64,000 nucleotides of DNA from Eubacteriales bacterium (GTDB taxonomy: Bacteria; Bacillota; Clostridia; Oscillospirales; CAG-272): the NCBI GenBank assembly GCA_045546375.1, contig JAZQCR010000128.1, forward strand, positions 192 to 64,191, given 5' to 3'. Under the pieces are notes generated by a model. It was not told where the DNA came from, searched no databases, and worked only from the letters and a program-made list of their open reading frames with translations. Made by a program: the position numbers and the translations under genes. Every line of letters begins with the position of its first letter. Position 1 is the stretch's first letter. Positions 27,648 through 36,829 of this stretch are shown here, piece after piece.

Positions 27648-28232
27648 ATGGAAAAACGATTATATATTGCTTACGGAAGTAACCTGAATATAGGGCAGAT
27701 GGCACACAGATGTCCTACCGCAAAGTTATACGGAACGGGCGTGATCAAGGACTACGAGCTGCAATTTAAGGGAAGAGCCAACTCTGCCTATGCAACAATT
27801 TCACCAAAGATAGGTTCAGAGGTGCCTGTTGCCGTGTGGGATATTAAGCGGAGTGATGAGATGCGTTTGGATATGTATGAAGGATATCCGTCGCATTATT
27901 TTAAAGCAGATGTTCCTGTACAGCTTGAGGACGAACAACTCACGGCGATGGTATATGTTATGAATCCCAAAATGGATCACGGGCTACCCTCACCTCAGTA
28001 TTATATGACGGTATACGAGGGATACAGGGACTGTGACCTTGACACAGATGCGCTGGATCGTGCGGTGAGGGAAAGCGCGCAACGCTTTTACTCGTCCTTT
28101 GTAAGAGATATCCAAGAGGGCTTTGATTTTGATGAGTATGAAGAAGAGGATGAAGGGTATACTGAAGAGCCGGACGAAGAAACGCCTGATATTACAGATC
28201 CTTTTTATTACTCGGATGGATTTACATTATGA
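27648..28232 (+). CDS. Gamma-glutamylcyclotransferase (GGCT/AIG2-like) protein with an acidic tail
   Basis: LYIAYGSNLNIGQMAHRCPTAKLYGTGVIKDYELQF contains the YGSL/N motif, and the later YEGYP contains the catalytic Glu region. Confidence 0.8.
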   Translation: MEKRLYIAYGSNLNIGQMAHRCPTAKLYGTGVIKDYELQFKGRANSAYATISPKIGSEVPVAVWDIKRSDEMRLDMYEGYPSHYFKADVPVQLEDEQLTAMVYVMNPKMDHGLPSPQYYMTVYEGYRDCDLDTDALDRAVRESAQRFYSSFVRDIQEGFDFDEYEEEDEGYTEEPDEETPDITDPFYYSDGFTL

Positions 28233-28636
28233 TAGGTGAGCCGATGACCAGGTTAAATCAAGTGAAAAAGGAACTCGGTGAAGGGTATGCATTTATTCAG
28301 CATGTCTCAACACGAGAGGTGCGCAGATTGATGAGAAGCTATTCCGAGCACAAGCCCTATATTACAGTATGTGAATTGATAGCCGGCTGTGTAAAGATTG
28401 AGGTTAGCTTATTTGAATGGCACGGCCGTGCTCGCTTAGGTTACGATGTGTTTGTTAAGGAATCGCCTGACGCTACACATTGGATCTGCTATGACAGTCC
28501 CGAGGATGATGTGGTGCTAAAGGAAAATACTATCTTTGCCGTCCTCGATCGTATAGTCACAGAAAAGGGTCTGTCTTATACCGAATGCAACTTTGAGATA
28601 ATCGATGGCAAGAAAATCTCGAAAAAGAGGTTTTGA
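28229..28636 (+). CDS. Hypothetical protein (135 aa)
   Basis: ORF overlapping the upstream stop (ATGA). No motif recognised. Confidence 0.55.
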   Translation: MIGEPMTRLNQVKKELGEGYAFIQHVSTREVRRLMRSYSEHKPYITVCELIAGCVKIEVSLFEWHGRARLGYDVFVKESPDATHWICYDSPEDDVVLKENTIFAVLDRIVTEKGLSYTECNFEIIDGKKISKKRF

Positions 28637-28726
28637 ACGCAATGTGAGGCGAATTTCAGCGGGTGTTTCGCGGTTATATATTGAGCGAGTACTTGCTCGA
28701 AGAAAAGCAGATACAGCTGTAAAACG

Positions 28727-29165
28727 TAAAAACGGCACCTAATAACATCCAAACGGCACCATGTTTATAGTAACCCTTCCCATTTTGATAGAATGTATAT
28801 GAGAGGATTTTTATGTTTAGTCAGGCTTGAGGATTATGTTCCGGATTCCGTGGATAGCGCAATTCTTTATCCAATTATCCCAGAAAATCAACGTTTTACC
28901 CCAACTTATCGGTTTTTGTGATAGAACTCTATATAATTTAAACTGAGAAGACCATTACATAAAAATACCAACGCAAAGTATGCAAGCAAAAATGAGATGA
29001 AGGATGCCCGTCGCATACAGAGCGTTGAATACATATACATTAATTCACAAATGAAGGAGAAAAGTTATGGAATTCAAAATAAGCACAAAAGTCATTAGTT
29101 TAATGCTGTCCATGTTAATGGTGTTTATGGCGTTTCCTGCAGGTGCCTTCGCCATTGGCGGAGAG
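28727..29165 (+). repeat. Copy A of a ~440-bp duplicated promoter, leader and signal-peptide module
   Basis: Aligns colinearly with 36391-36829 at a constant offset of 7664 nt. By eye there are about a dozen mismatches and no indels. Confidence 0.85.
28871..28902 (+). promoter_or_regulatory. Phased direct repeat (candidate LytTR response-regulator site) upstream of RHS toxin 1
   Basis: CCAATTATCCC (28871-28881) and CGTTTTACCCC (28892-28902) start 21 bp apart. TATAAT at 28932-28937 lies 29 nt downstream. Confidence 0.5.
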
Positions 29166-32100
29166 CAGACTGCACTGAACGCCGACGAAGCGGTCACCGC
29201 TTTACAGACGGAGGCGGCAGACGCACCCGCGGGCGACCCCACCGTATTATTTGAGCTGGAAGATATGCGTGGACCTAATGAAAAGGTATTCCGCATGTCA
29301 AACGGCAATTATTCCTCGGTGGTCTATACTACCGACGTGCATTACGAGGATAACGGTAGTTGGAAAGAGATCGATAACACGCTGATCTCAAGTGTCAACG
29401 GCATCCGCAACACATCATCGGACGTTTCATACACATTCTCCGATGAATCCACCTCACTCCCCGGGGTTGAGGTGGAATATGACGGATATCAGCTGTCATT
29501 CGAGGCAATAGACAATAAAATCAGCTCTTCCGCCTTCGCTCTTAAGCCTGTAAAATCAGAGAAAAGCTTCGATATAACCGTCCTGCAGCCCGAGAGTACG
29601 GCAGAAGTGGCAGACACGGACATATCCGACGCGGCGCGTATGCATAAAGCCAACGGAGGCATAACCTATCGCTCTGCCAACGGTACGGAAAGCTATCACT
29701 ATGATCTTCAGGGAAGATATCTGAAGGAGAGCATAATACTGACCGCGCCTAAGAGCACGTACGAGTACGCATTTCGGCTCAGAGCCGATGGTCTTACCGC
29801 TTTTCTTACCGAAGCCGGTGACGTTTCTCTCTGCGACGGTACGGAGCAGATATTCCTTATCCCGGCGCCTTATATGACCGATGCCGCGGGATCGTATAGC
29901 GAGGCGGCGCACTATGCCCTGCAAAATGCAGGAGCAGGTGAGTGGATAATGACCCTCACCGCTGATGCTGAGTGGATAAACGCAGACGACAGACAGTTTC
30001 CCGTAATCATTGATCCGTCTGTGGCAGTAGCAAAGAACGGATCATCAGACTATAATATCTACACGCAGTACGTAACCTCTGATAATATGAATACATATCA
30101 TCAGGGTGAGTCCACCTTCGTAGTAGGTACTACTAACGGTACAAACCGCGCCTACGGATATATGAAGGTAAACGCGCTGCCCACCCTGCCTGCCAATACC
30201 CGTCTGTGCAGTGCGGAAGTGAGGCTTTATATGTCTGCATATACTGCGTACGGAGTAAGCTCCTTTGATATGTACGTACAGGAGGCACTCCCTACCTGGA
30301 AGAATCAGTTTTTGTCATCAGGTGCTACGTCTAATACCTCGGCACTTCTTGACTATGCTTCCCTCAGCTCGAGCACCACGGGAGCATGGATAAAACTTGA
30401 CGTCACCGAGGCGGCCGAGAATTGGTACGATGACAGCACCACTAATAACGGTATAGTATTTTACAGCAGTACCGCTTCTGCGGGAAAAGCTACCTTCAGG
30501 GGATTCGTCAATAGCGGAACGGCGTCTTACTGTCCCTACTTCGTTATGACGTATCGTAATATTCAGGGCGTAGAGTCATACTATACCTACTATACCGAGG
30601 GCGTAGGACGCGCAGGCTCAGTGTACGTGTCCGACTATAACGGCAGTATGACCCTCGTGCGTACGGATATCAGCGACCCGGGATATACCCTTCAGCACGT
30701 ATATAACAGTAACTACGGCGACTATATCTTCAGTGCAGAGAATACTACGTCTCTTATGCATACCGTTGACTATAGCAATATGGTCGTAGGTAAGGGCTGG
30801 AAATTAAATGCCCAGGAGAGCATCATATCCAAGGGCGTGCCGTGGGTATCTACTACGGGCGTGCGCATGACGGCGCAGTATCTGATATATACCGACGGAG
30901 ATGGTACGGAGCATTTCTTCCATCCCACGGAGGACGACTATACCTATGCCGACGAGGACGGTCTGGGCCTTACCATCTATCACGACCACGGCGCAAACCA
31001 CTTTGCGATGACCGATGAAAAGGGCAACGAAAAGTTATTTGTAAAAGGATATCTGACTAAGATAACCGACACTAACGGCAACGTCACCGCTTTCGTGTAT
31101 AACGGAGCTACTTACACCACCGCGAACTCATCCTGGTTCCCCAATGCTACCGGTAATTACCTTAGCTCCATCGTGCGTCACAATGACGGCAAGACTGCGT
31201 ATACCGTTGCAACCTTAGGATATACCGATAAACGACTCACCTCGATCACCGACCGTTACGGCAGGACCACCACGTATAGCGTGAGCGCTCTCGCGTCCGA
31301 CGGGTCAGGCTATCAGATCAATCAGGTGACAGAGGCAGACGGAGCGTCGTCCTACTATACCTACGGTGGCGGCAACCTGCGTATGAACCGCGCCTATGAC
31401 CTGGAAAGCGGCGCAAACCTCACCATGACCTACCGTGACGGCAGACGTGATCTGATATCTATGACCAAGTCACACGCCGCTACTCTTAACGGCACGGTCA
31501 CAAAGAAGAGCCTGACGTATTTCAACATGTATTATAAGGGTAGGAGCCTGGTACGTGATACCGGCCTCGACCTTACGTCGGGTACCGCAGACGATATCGT
31601 ATGTACCTATGCCTTTGACGATTTCGGCAGGACAGTCAGTACCTACTGTGAGGACGGCTCGGGCGAGATCATCAGCGCATCGGGCGGCACCTATACCGCT
31701 AACGTTGCCACCAATAAGGATAACAATCGCCTATTGACAAGCGGCAGTATGGGGTTGTATAATGATGATGGAACATCAAACCTCGTTCCCAACGGCGGTT
31801 TTGAAAATGGTATAACCGGCTATTCCGCACAGAGCGGCGCTTCCTCTGTCAGCGGCTCGTCTTACGTACACAGCGGAAGTAAGGCGCTGAAGCTCACAGG
31901 CGGCTCGAATAAGCAGTCCGTTTATTCGAGAAATACCGGCATCACACTCACTGCATCAGAGGCGCAGAAAACCACATTCCTTTTATCGGGATGGGCGAAG
32001 GCTAATTCCGCACCTACGTGGGATGCAAACCGCACATTCCAGATCTCTGCCGAGATCAAGTACAGTGACGGCACTAACCAGTACGTCACGGCGAAGTTTA

Positions 32101-34985
32101 ATTATCAGGCAGAGGATCAGTGGCAGTACGTCAGCATACCCGTAGTGCCTAAGCACGCAAAGGCGGTAACTGATATCACCGTACACTGCTCGTATAAGAA
32201 TAATCTGGGCAATGCGTACTTCGATGACCTTATGATGGTCAAGGAGCCGTGCTCAACTTATAAATACAGAAGCGACGGAAAATTAGAGGCTGTCAATTCC
32301 ACCGAGCAGGCGGAGATAACCTACGGCTATAACGGCGCCGACCTTACCTCTGTAGTAGGCGGTGCGGGCGGCACCTATACCTACGTCTATGACGATGCTC
32401 ATAACGTGACCTCTGTTACCAATCTGGGCATGACCATGACCATCGGTTATGACGCCTCGGGTCATACTACCTCTACTAAACTCACTGCCGACGGCACAAA
32501 CAAGTATATGCAGACATCGGCGGCATACTCTGCCGACGGTAGCCGTGTTACCTCGGAGACGGATAACCTTGGTAATACTACCACGTACGGTCTCTCTGCC
32601 GAGAGCTCGGGTAACATTCGTTCGAGCGTTACTGCACCTTATTCCAATTCTGACGGAGCGGGCGGTACTGTCACATCCTACACCTTGACCAACAGCGTAG
32701 GCAGACCTACCCAGTCCTACGTATCGGGCGTGGCATCCCTGGACTTCGCTTACTCCAAGGGTAATCTCACCTCTGTCACGCGCGGCGGTTATATCCCGGG
32801 TAACAGTACCAAGCAGACTCAGAGCTATACCTTTACCTATAATAGTTTCGGTATGCCTCTGACTACTAAGGTCGGCACCAGGACCCTAGTAACCAATACC
32901 TACGTTAATAATACTTATCTGTCTAAGTCTACCTACGGAAACGGCGCCACCGTCACCTACACCTATGATGCTATGGGCAGGACTCTGACAAAGACCGCCT
33001 ACGGTATCACGGAAAGCTATACCTACGATAGGTATAATAACGTAAACGGTATTACTATGACTGCCGGAAGCACGCTGCTGGCTACCGTTTCCTATACCTA
33101 CGACTCTCTCGGCAGACTTATATGCAGTGAGGAGCGTAACGGCAGTAACCTGCTTAAGCGTAAGTTAAGCTACGTATATGACACACATAACCGCGTGGTC
33201 AGCTATACCTACTATGACGGCTCTGCAGACCGCACCGAGAGCTATACCTATAACTCCGACGGCACTGTTGCCACCTTTACCGTAGGTAACGGCGACGTTA
33301 TCACCTATAGCTACGATGCTCTTAAGCGCCTTGAGCAAAAGGACGTTGACGGTAAGTATACCGTAGATTACGGCTATTACGATAGGACGGCTACAAATAC
33401 CACTACCCTTATCGATGAGTATGGATATACCTTCGGTGAGGATAATACCTACAGATACACCTATGAGTATGACAACCTCGGTAATATCACCAAGATTTCT
33501 TTGTCAGAGAATAACGGAGTCTATCAAACGCTGGCTGAGTACGAGTATGACTCTATGGGTCAGCTCAAGATGGAGCAGCTCTATGACGAGGGGTATTCTA
33601 TCGTATATACCTACGATACCTACGGTAATATCCGTTCAAGAGCAAAGTACGATGGCTTCGCATTCACCGATGCAGGCTTAGCGACGAGTATTGGAGAACT
33701 TCTTGACACCGACACCTATACCTACGGCGATTCCGGCTGGAAAGACCTTCTTACATCGTATAACGGCAGCAGTATCACTTACGATGCCATAGGTAACCCT
33801 CTGACGTATAACAACGGCAGTACCTACACCATGTCCTGGACGGGCAGACAGCTTGACAGCGTCACCAAGGGCGGTGTCACTACCACCTATGAGTATGACA
33901 GCTCGGGTATGCGTACCACCAAGACGGTTGGAACAAAGAATCATCACTATCTGTACTACGGCGGTCAGCTTGTACGTTATACCATATCAAGTGAAGGAAC
34001 GCTGTACTTCTATTATGATGATAATGGAAGTCCCCTTGGTTTCACTTATACCGGTATGCAGGGAACCTCGGATTACTACTACGTTCTTAATCTGCAGGGT
34101 GATATAGTACAGCTACGCGATTCAAACGGCAATATTAAGGCTAACTATAATTACGACGCATGGGGCAAGCTGTTATCTGTCACTAACGCAAGCGGTAACG
34201 TGATAACATCATCCTCCAGTATGGCGATTATTAATCCCCTTCGCTATCGCGGATACGTCTACGACGCAGAGACAGGCTTCTATTATCTGCAGTCCAGGTA
34301 CTACGATCCTACCATCGGCAGATTCATCAGTGCCGACGGCCTGGTATCTACCGGCACCGGCGTGCTGGGCTACAATATGTTTACATATTGTAATAATAAT
34401 CCTGTGATGCACAGTGATCCGAGTGGGCAGAGCTTGCTAGAAGCGATAGACTGGGTTATAGGGTTTATTGTTGATGCTATTCAAAAGGTTCTTGTGGTAA
34501 AATATGATGTTCCCCTTTATGCACAAGGGGATACTAACCTGTGTTGGGCATACTGTCAGACTATGGTGGAAGATTATTGTTCAAATACTGAAAGAAGTCA
34601 AAAAAATGCAGACGAAAGGGCTCGAGATATTGCAACTTTGGTTAACGGAGAAAACGATTGGAACAGTGCGGGATGGCCGACTAATTGCAACCAATATAAT
34701 CCAAATGGTGTGCCGGTATTTCAAAAAAACATAGATTCTCCCTTAATGTTGTGTCTTGCTCTACGGCTTAATGGTCCAATATATGCGTATTACAATGACA
34801 AAGATTCAGCTCATCTTATTGTTGTAACAGGGTTTGATTATTTTAATGATATTGTATATACAAATAACCCATGGGGAAATACTGGAGAGCAAACATATAA
34901 CGAGTTTCAAAATGGATTTGCTGGTGGGACTAGTGATGGGACTTATAGTCTTTATGGTTATATATTAACAAGGAGATGTAAATGA
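29067..34985 (+). CDS. RHS/YD-repeat polymorphic toxin 1 (WapA-like) with a Sec signal peptide and a papain-like C-terminal toxin domain
   Basis: Signal peptide MEFKISTKVISLMLSMLMVFMAFPAGAFA, then a DNRLRE-like N-terminal domain and a CBM-like module (NGGFENG...AYFDDLMMV). Dozens of YD repeats follow, then the RHS core end PLRYRGYVYDAETGFYYLQSRYYDPTIGRFISADG...NNPVMHSDPSGQ. The last ~184 aa form the tip, with QGDTNLCWAYC and SAHLIVVTGF. Confidence 0.95.
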   Translation: MEFKISTKVISLMLSMLMVFMAFPAGAFAIGGEQTALNADEAVTALQTEAADAPAGDPTVLFELEDMRGPNEKVFRMSNGNYSSVVYTTDVHYEDNGSWKEIDNTLISSVNGIRNTSSDVSYTFSDESTSLPGVEVEYDGYQLSFEAIDNKISSSAFALKPVKSEKSFDITVLQPESTAEVADTDISDAARMHKANGGITYRSANGTESYHYDLQGRYLKESIILTAPKSTYEYAFRLRADGLTAFLTEAGDVSLCDGTEQIFLIPAPYMTDAAGSYSEAAHYALQNAGAGEWIMTLTADAEWINADDRQFPVIIDPSVAVAKNGSSDYNIYTQYVTSDNMNTYHQGESTFVVGTTNGTNRAYGYMKVNALPTLPANTRLCSAEVRLYMSAYTAYGVSSFDMYVQEALPTWKNQFLSSGATSNTSALLDYASLSSSTTGAWIKLDVTEAAENWYDDSTTNNGIVFYSSTASAGKATFRGFVNSGTASYCPYFVMTYRNIQGVESYYTYYTEGVGRAGSVYVSDYNGSMTLVRTDISDPGYTLQHVYNSNYGDYIFSAENTTSLMHTVDYSNMVVGKGWKLNAQESIISKGVPWVSTTGVRMTAQYLIYTDGDGTEHFFHPTEDDYTYADEDGLGLTIYHDHGANHFAMTDEKGNEKLFVKGYLTKITDTNGNVTAFVYNGATYTTANSSWFPNATGNYLSSIVRHNDGKTAYTVATLGYTDKRLTSITDRYGRTTTYSVSALASDGSGYQINQVTEADGASSYYTYGGGNLRMNRAYDLESGANLTMTYRDGRRDLISMTKSHAATLNGTVTKKSLTYFNMYYKGRSLVRDTGLDLTSGTADDIVCTYAFDDFGRTVSTYCEDGSGEIISASGGTYTANVATNKDNNRLLTSGSMGLYNDDGTSNLVPNGGFENGITGYSAQSGASSVSGSSYVHSGSKALKLTGGSNKQSVYSRNTGITLTASEAQKTTFLLSGWAKANSAPTWDANRTFQISAEIKYSDGTNQYVTAKFNYQAEDQWQYVSIPVVPKHAKAVTDITVHCSYKNNLGNAYFDDLMMVKEPCSTYKYRSDGKLEAVNSTEQAEITYGYNGADLTSVVGGAGGTYTYVYDDAHNVTSVTNLGMTMTIGYDASGHTTSTKLTADGTNKYMQTSAAYSADGSRVTSETDNLGNTTTYGLSAESSGNIRSSVTAPYSNSDGAGGTVTSYTLTNSVGRPTQSYVSGVASLDFAYSKGNLTSVTRGGYIPGNSTKQTQSYTFTYNSFGMPLTTKVGTRTLVTNTYVNNTYLSKSTYGNGATVTYTYDAMGRTLTKTAYGITESYTYDRYNNVNGITMTAGSTLLATVSYTYDSLGRLICSEERNGSNLLKRKLSYVYDTHNRVVSYTYYDGSADRTESYTYNSDGTVATFTVGNGDVITYSYDALKRLEQKDVDGKYTVDYGYYDRTATNTTTLIDEYGYTFGEDNTYRYTYEYDNLGNITKISLSENNGVYQTLAEYEYDSMGQLKMEQLYDEGYSIVYTYDTYGNIRSRAKYDGFAFTDAGLATSIGELLDTDTYTYGDSGWKDLLTSYNGSSITYDAIGNPLTYNNGSTYTMSWTGRQLDSVTKGGVTTTYEYDSSGMRTTKTVGTKNHHYLYYGGQLVRYTISSEGTLYFYYDDNGSPLGFTYTGMQGTSDYYYVLNLQGDIVQLRDSNGNIKANYNYDAWGKLLSVTNASGNVITSSSSMAIINPLRYRGYVYDAETGFYYLQSRYYDPTIGRFISADGLVSTGTGVLGYNMFTYCNNNPVMHSDPSGQSLLEAIDWVIGFIVDAIQKVLVVKYDVPLYAQGDTNLCWAYCQTMVEDYCSNTERSQKNADERARDIATLVNGENDWNSAGWPTNCNQYNPNGVPVFQKNIDSPLMLCLALRLNGPIYAYYNDKDSAHLIVVTGFDYFNDIVYTNNPWGNTGEQTYNEFQNGFAGGTSDGTYSLYGYILTRRCK

Positions 34986-35512
34986 AAATTTTATGCTTTG
35001 TCTTGCTTTTTACAATAATACTACTTGTTGGATGTACCAATAAATCAGCAGGGGTCGAAAGTATCTTGAGTAAAGATTGCTCAATCATAGAAACAAAATA
35101 TCCAAATGGTGATGATGTTAAAATGAATAATTGTAAGTTAATTATTAATGGCATTGAAGTTGTTGATTCTGCTTATATTAATATTGATATTGAAAATCGA
35201 TTTGCGGAGGTGCCGTTGCTGTTAATTGTGAATGCATTAGGCTCAGACTTTGAGTGGAGAAGTGGAGTATTGTTTATTGATGGAGTTAATAGCGGCATTG
35301 ATCCTGCGAATGATGATTTTGGATTAATAAGAATGCCAGGGCAGATTCATATGATTCGAAAAAAGATTGATGGAGATTTGATATTTGATAGCACTTCTAT
35401 TAAAGGGATACTTTATAATATGTTAAATGCCACAATTGACATTGATTATACAAATATGGTGATAAATGTGAACACAGGTAATGTGAACACAGGTGACGGT
35501 TCTCTGTGTTAA
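34982..35512 (+). CDS. Lipoprotein, putative cognate immunity protein for RHS toxin 1
   Basis: Has a lipobox, MKILCFVLLFTIILLVGC. It overlaps the toxin stop (ATGA), and it and the toxin tip are clearly more AT-rich than the RHS body. Confidence 0.6.
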   Translation: MKILCFVLLFTIILLVGCTNKSAGVESILSKDCSIIETKYPNGDDVKMNNCKLIINGIEVVDSAYINIDIENRFAEVPLLLIVNALGSDFEWRSGVLFIDGVNSGIDPANDDFGLIRMPGQIHMIRKKIDGDLIFDSTSIKGILYNMLNATIDIDYTNMVINVNTGNVNTGDGSLC

Positions 35513-35670
35513 CAGTGATTAGCAGGCGGATGTAACGTCCGCCTGCTGACAGCGTCGCTCAAATTGCATCGCTCGATTTGCATCTCCCCCGAAAGGGGGG
35601 CGATGCATTTGTCATTCACTACTGCGGCGCCGCTTCGCTACCCCGAAAGGGGGCAGTGCGTGGACACAAT

Positions 35671-35850
35671 GGTAATCCCCTGACGTATAATAACGGCAGC
35701 GCATATACTATGTCCTGAACGGGCAGACAGCTTGATAGTGTCACCAAGGGCGTTGTCACCACCACCTACGAGTATGACAGCTCGGGCATGCGTACGTCAA
35801 AATCTGTTGGCAGCGATGATTATGATTATCTTTACTACGGCGGACAGTTA
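35671..35850 (+). pseudogene. Orphan RHS core fragment
   Basis: About 180 nt colinear with 33792-33970 of RHS1. It reads GNPLTYNNGSAYTMS*TGRQLDSVTKG..TTTYEYDSSGMRT, with an in-frame TGA where RHS1 has TGG. It has no start codon and is truncated at both ends. Confidence 0.8.
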
Positions 35851-35958
35851 TCTGTGTCAATCCAATTAGCGGGCGGGCTTACCCCGCCCCCTAACTTCTA
35901 TTGACAAGTGTTTGCATTTAATGAAAATAAACAAGCTACAAAAGTGAGGATAATATCA

Positions 35959-36129
35959 ATGTATTATAGTGACAAACCTATTTCTCAAGAATCTGAAGAT
36001 TTGTTGGAACGAGGATATTTTGCAAATCTTTTAGCAAAAACGCTTTTAAACTTGAATTCTCAAGAAACCTTTACGGTTGGTCTGTATGGTAAATGGGGAT
36101 CAGGCAAAACTTCTATAGTTATACAATGA
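35959..36129 (+). pseudogene. N-terminal fragment of a KAP-family P-loop NTPase
   Basis: MYYSDKPISQESEDLLERGYFANLLAKTLLNL...TVGLYGKWGSGKTSIV is the typical KAP N-terminus with a Walker A motif. The reading frame stops 4 codons later, and a hairpin terminator follows (AAAAACCAAGTC..GACTTGGTTTTT). Confidence 0.6.
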
Positions 36130-36390
36130 AGGTGCAAATGTAAGAGCATCAATGTGTCCAGAGTTCGAGTTTTTATACTTTTACCCAAAAACCAAGTCGT
36201 AAGACTTGGTTTTTTAATTAAGTATCCTATGAAAGAAAATAAAATGGAATTTTATCGTTCTGCTGCAGTGAGTTACTTTGGTGTTTTTGCTTGTATATAT
36301 TTATCTGGAATGATGATGGTTGCTCGAGTGTTTGAAACCAATATGATGGGGTGCATGTAATAATGTGGGCGCAAAGCATATGTATTGAAA

Positions 36391-36829
36391 TAAAAACGGC
36401 ACCTAATAACGTCCAAACGGCACCATGTTTATAGTAAACTTTCCCATTTTGATAGAATGTATATGAATAGATTTTTATGTTTAGTCAGGCTTGAGGATTA
36501 TGTTCCGGATTCCGTGGATAGCGCAATTCTTTATCCAATTATCCCAGAAAATCAACGTTTTACCCCAACTTATCGGTTTTTGTGATAAAACTCTATATAA
36601 TTTAAACTGAGAAGACCACTACATAAAAATACCAACGCAAAGTATGCGAGCAAAAATGAGATGAAAGACGCCCGTCGCATACAGAGCGTTGAATACATAT
36701 ACATCAATTCACAAATGAAGGAGAAAAGCTATGGAATTCAAAATAAGCACAAAAATCATTAGTTTAATGCTGTCCATGTTAATGGTGTTTATGGCGTTCC
36801 CTGCAGGTGCTTTTGCTATTGGCGGAGAA
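36391..36829 (+). repeat. Copy B of the duplicated promoter, leader and signal-peptide module
   Basis: See copy A (28727-29165). Confidence 0.85.
36535..36566 (+). promoter_or_regulatory. Phased direct repeat (candidate LytTR site) upstream of RHS toxin 2
   Basis: CCAATTATCCC (36535-36545) and CGTTTTACCCC (36556-36566). TATAAT at 36596-36601 lies 29 nt downstream. Confidence 0.5.

Noticed and set aside
35714-35719. In-frame TGA in the orphan RHS fragment, as possible evidence for TGA=Trp recoding (genetic code 4 or 25)
   Set aside because: Every confident gene in the window uses TGG for conserved Trp, and many terminate at TGA (for example 13865-13867 and 63873-63875). The fragment also lacks a start and is truncated, so a pseudogene is the simpler reading.
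36154-36360. 68-aa ORF between the KAP fragment and the RHS2 promoter module
   Set aside because: Its 5' part is translated through a terminator hairpin (AAAAACCAAGTC..GACTTGGTTTTT). It has no RBS and no recognisable motif. The hydrophobic 43-aa tail starting at 36229 cannot be excluded as a micro-protein, but nothing supports it.
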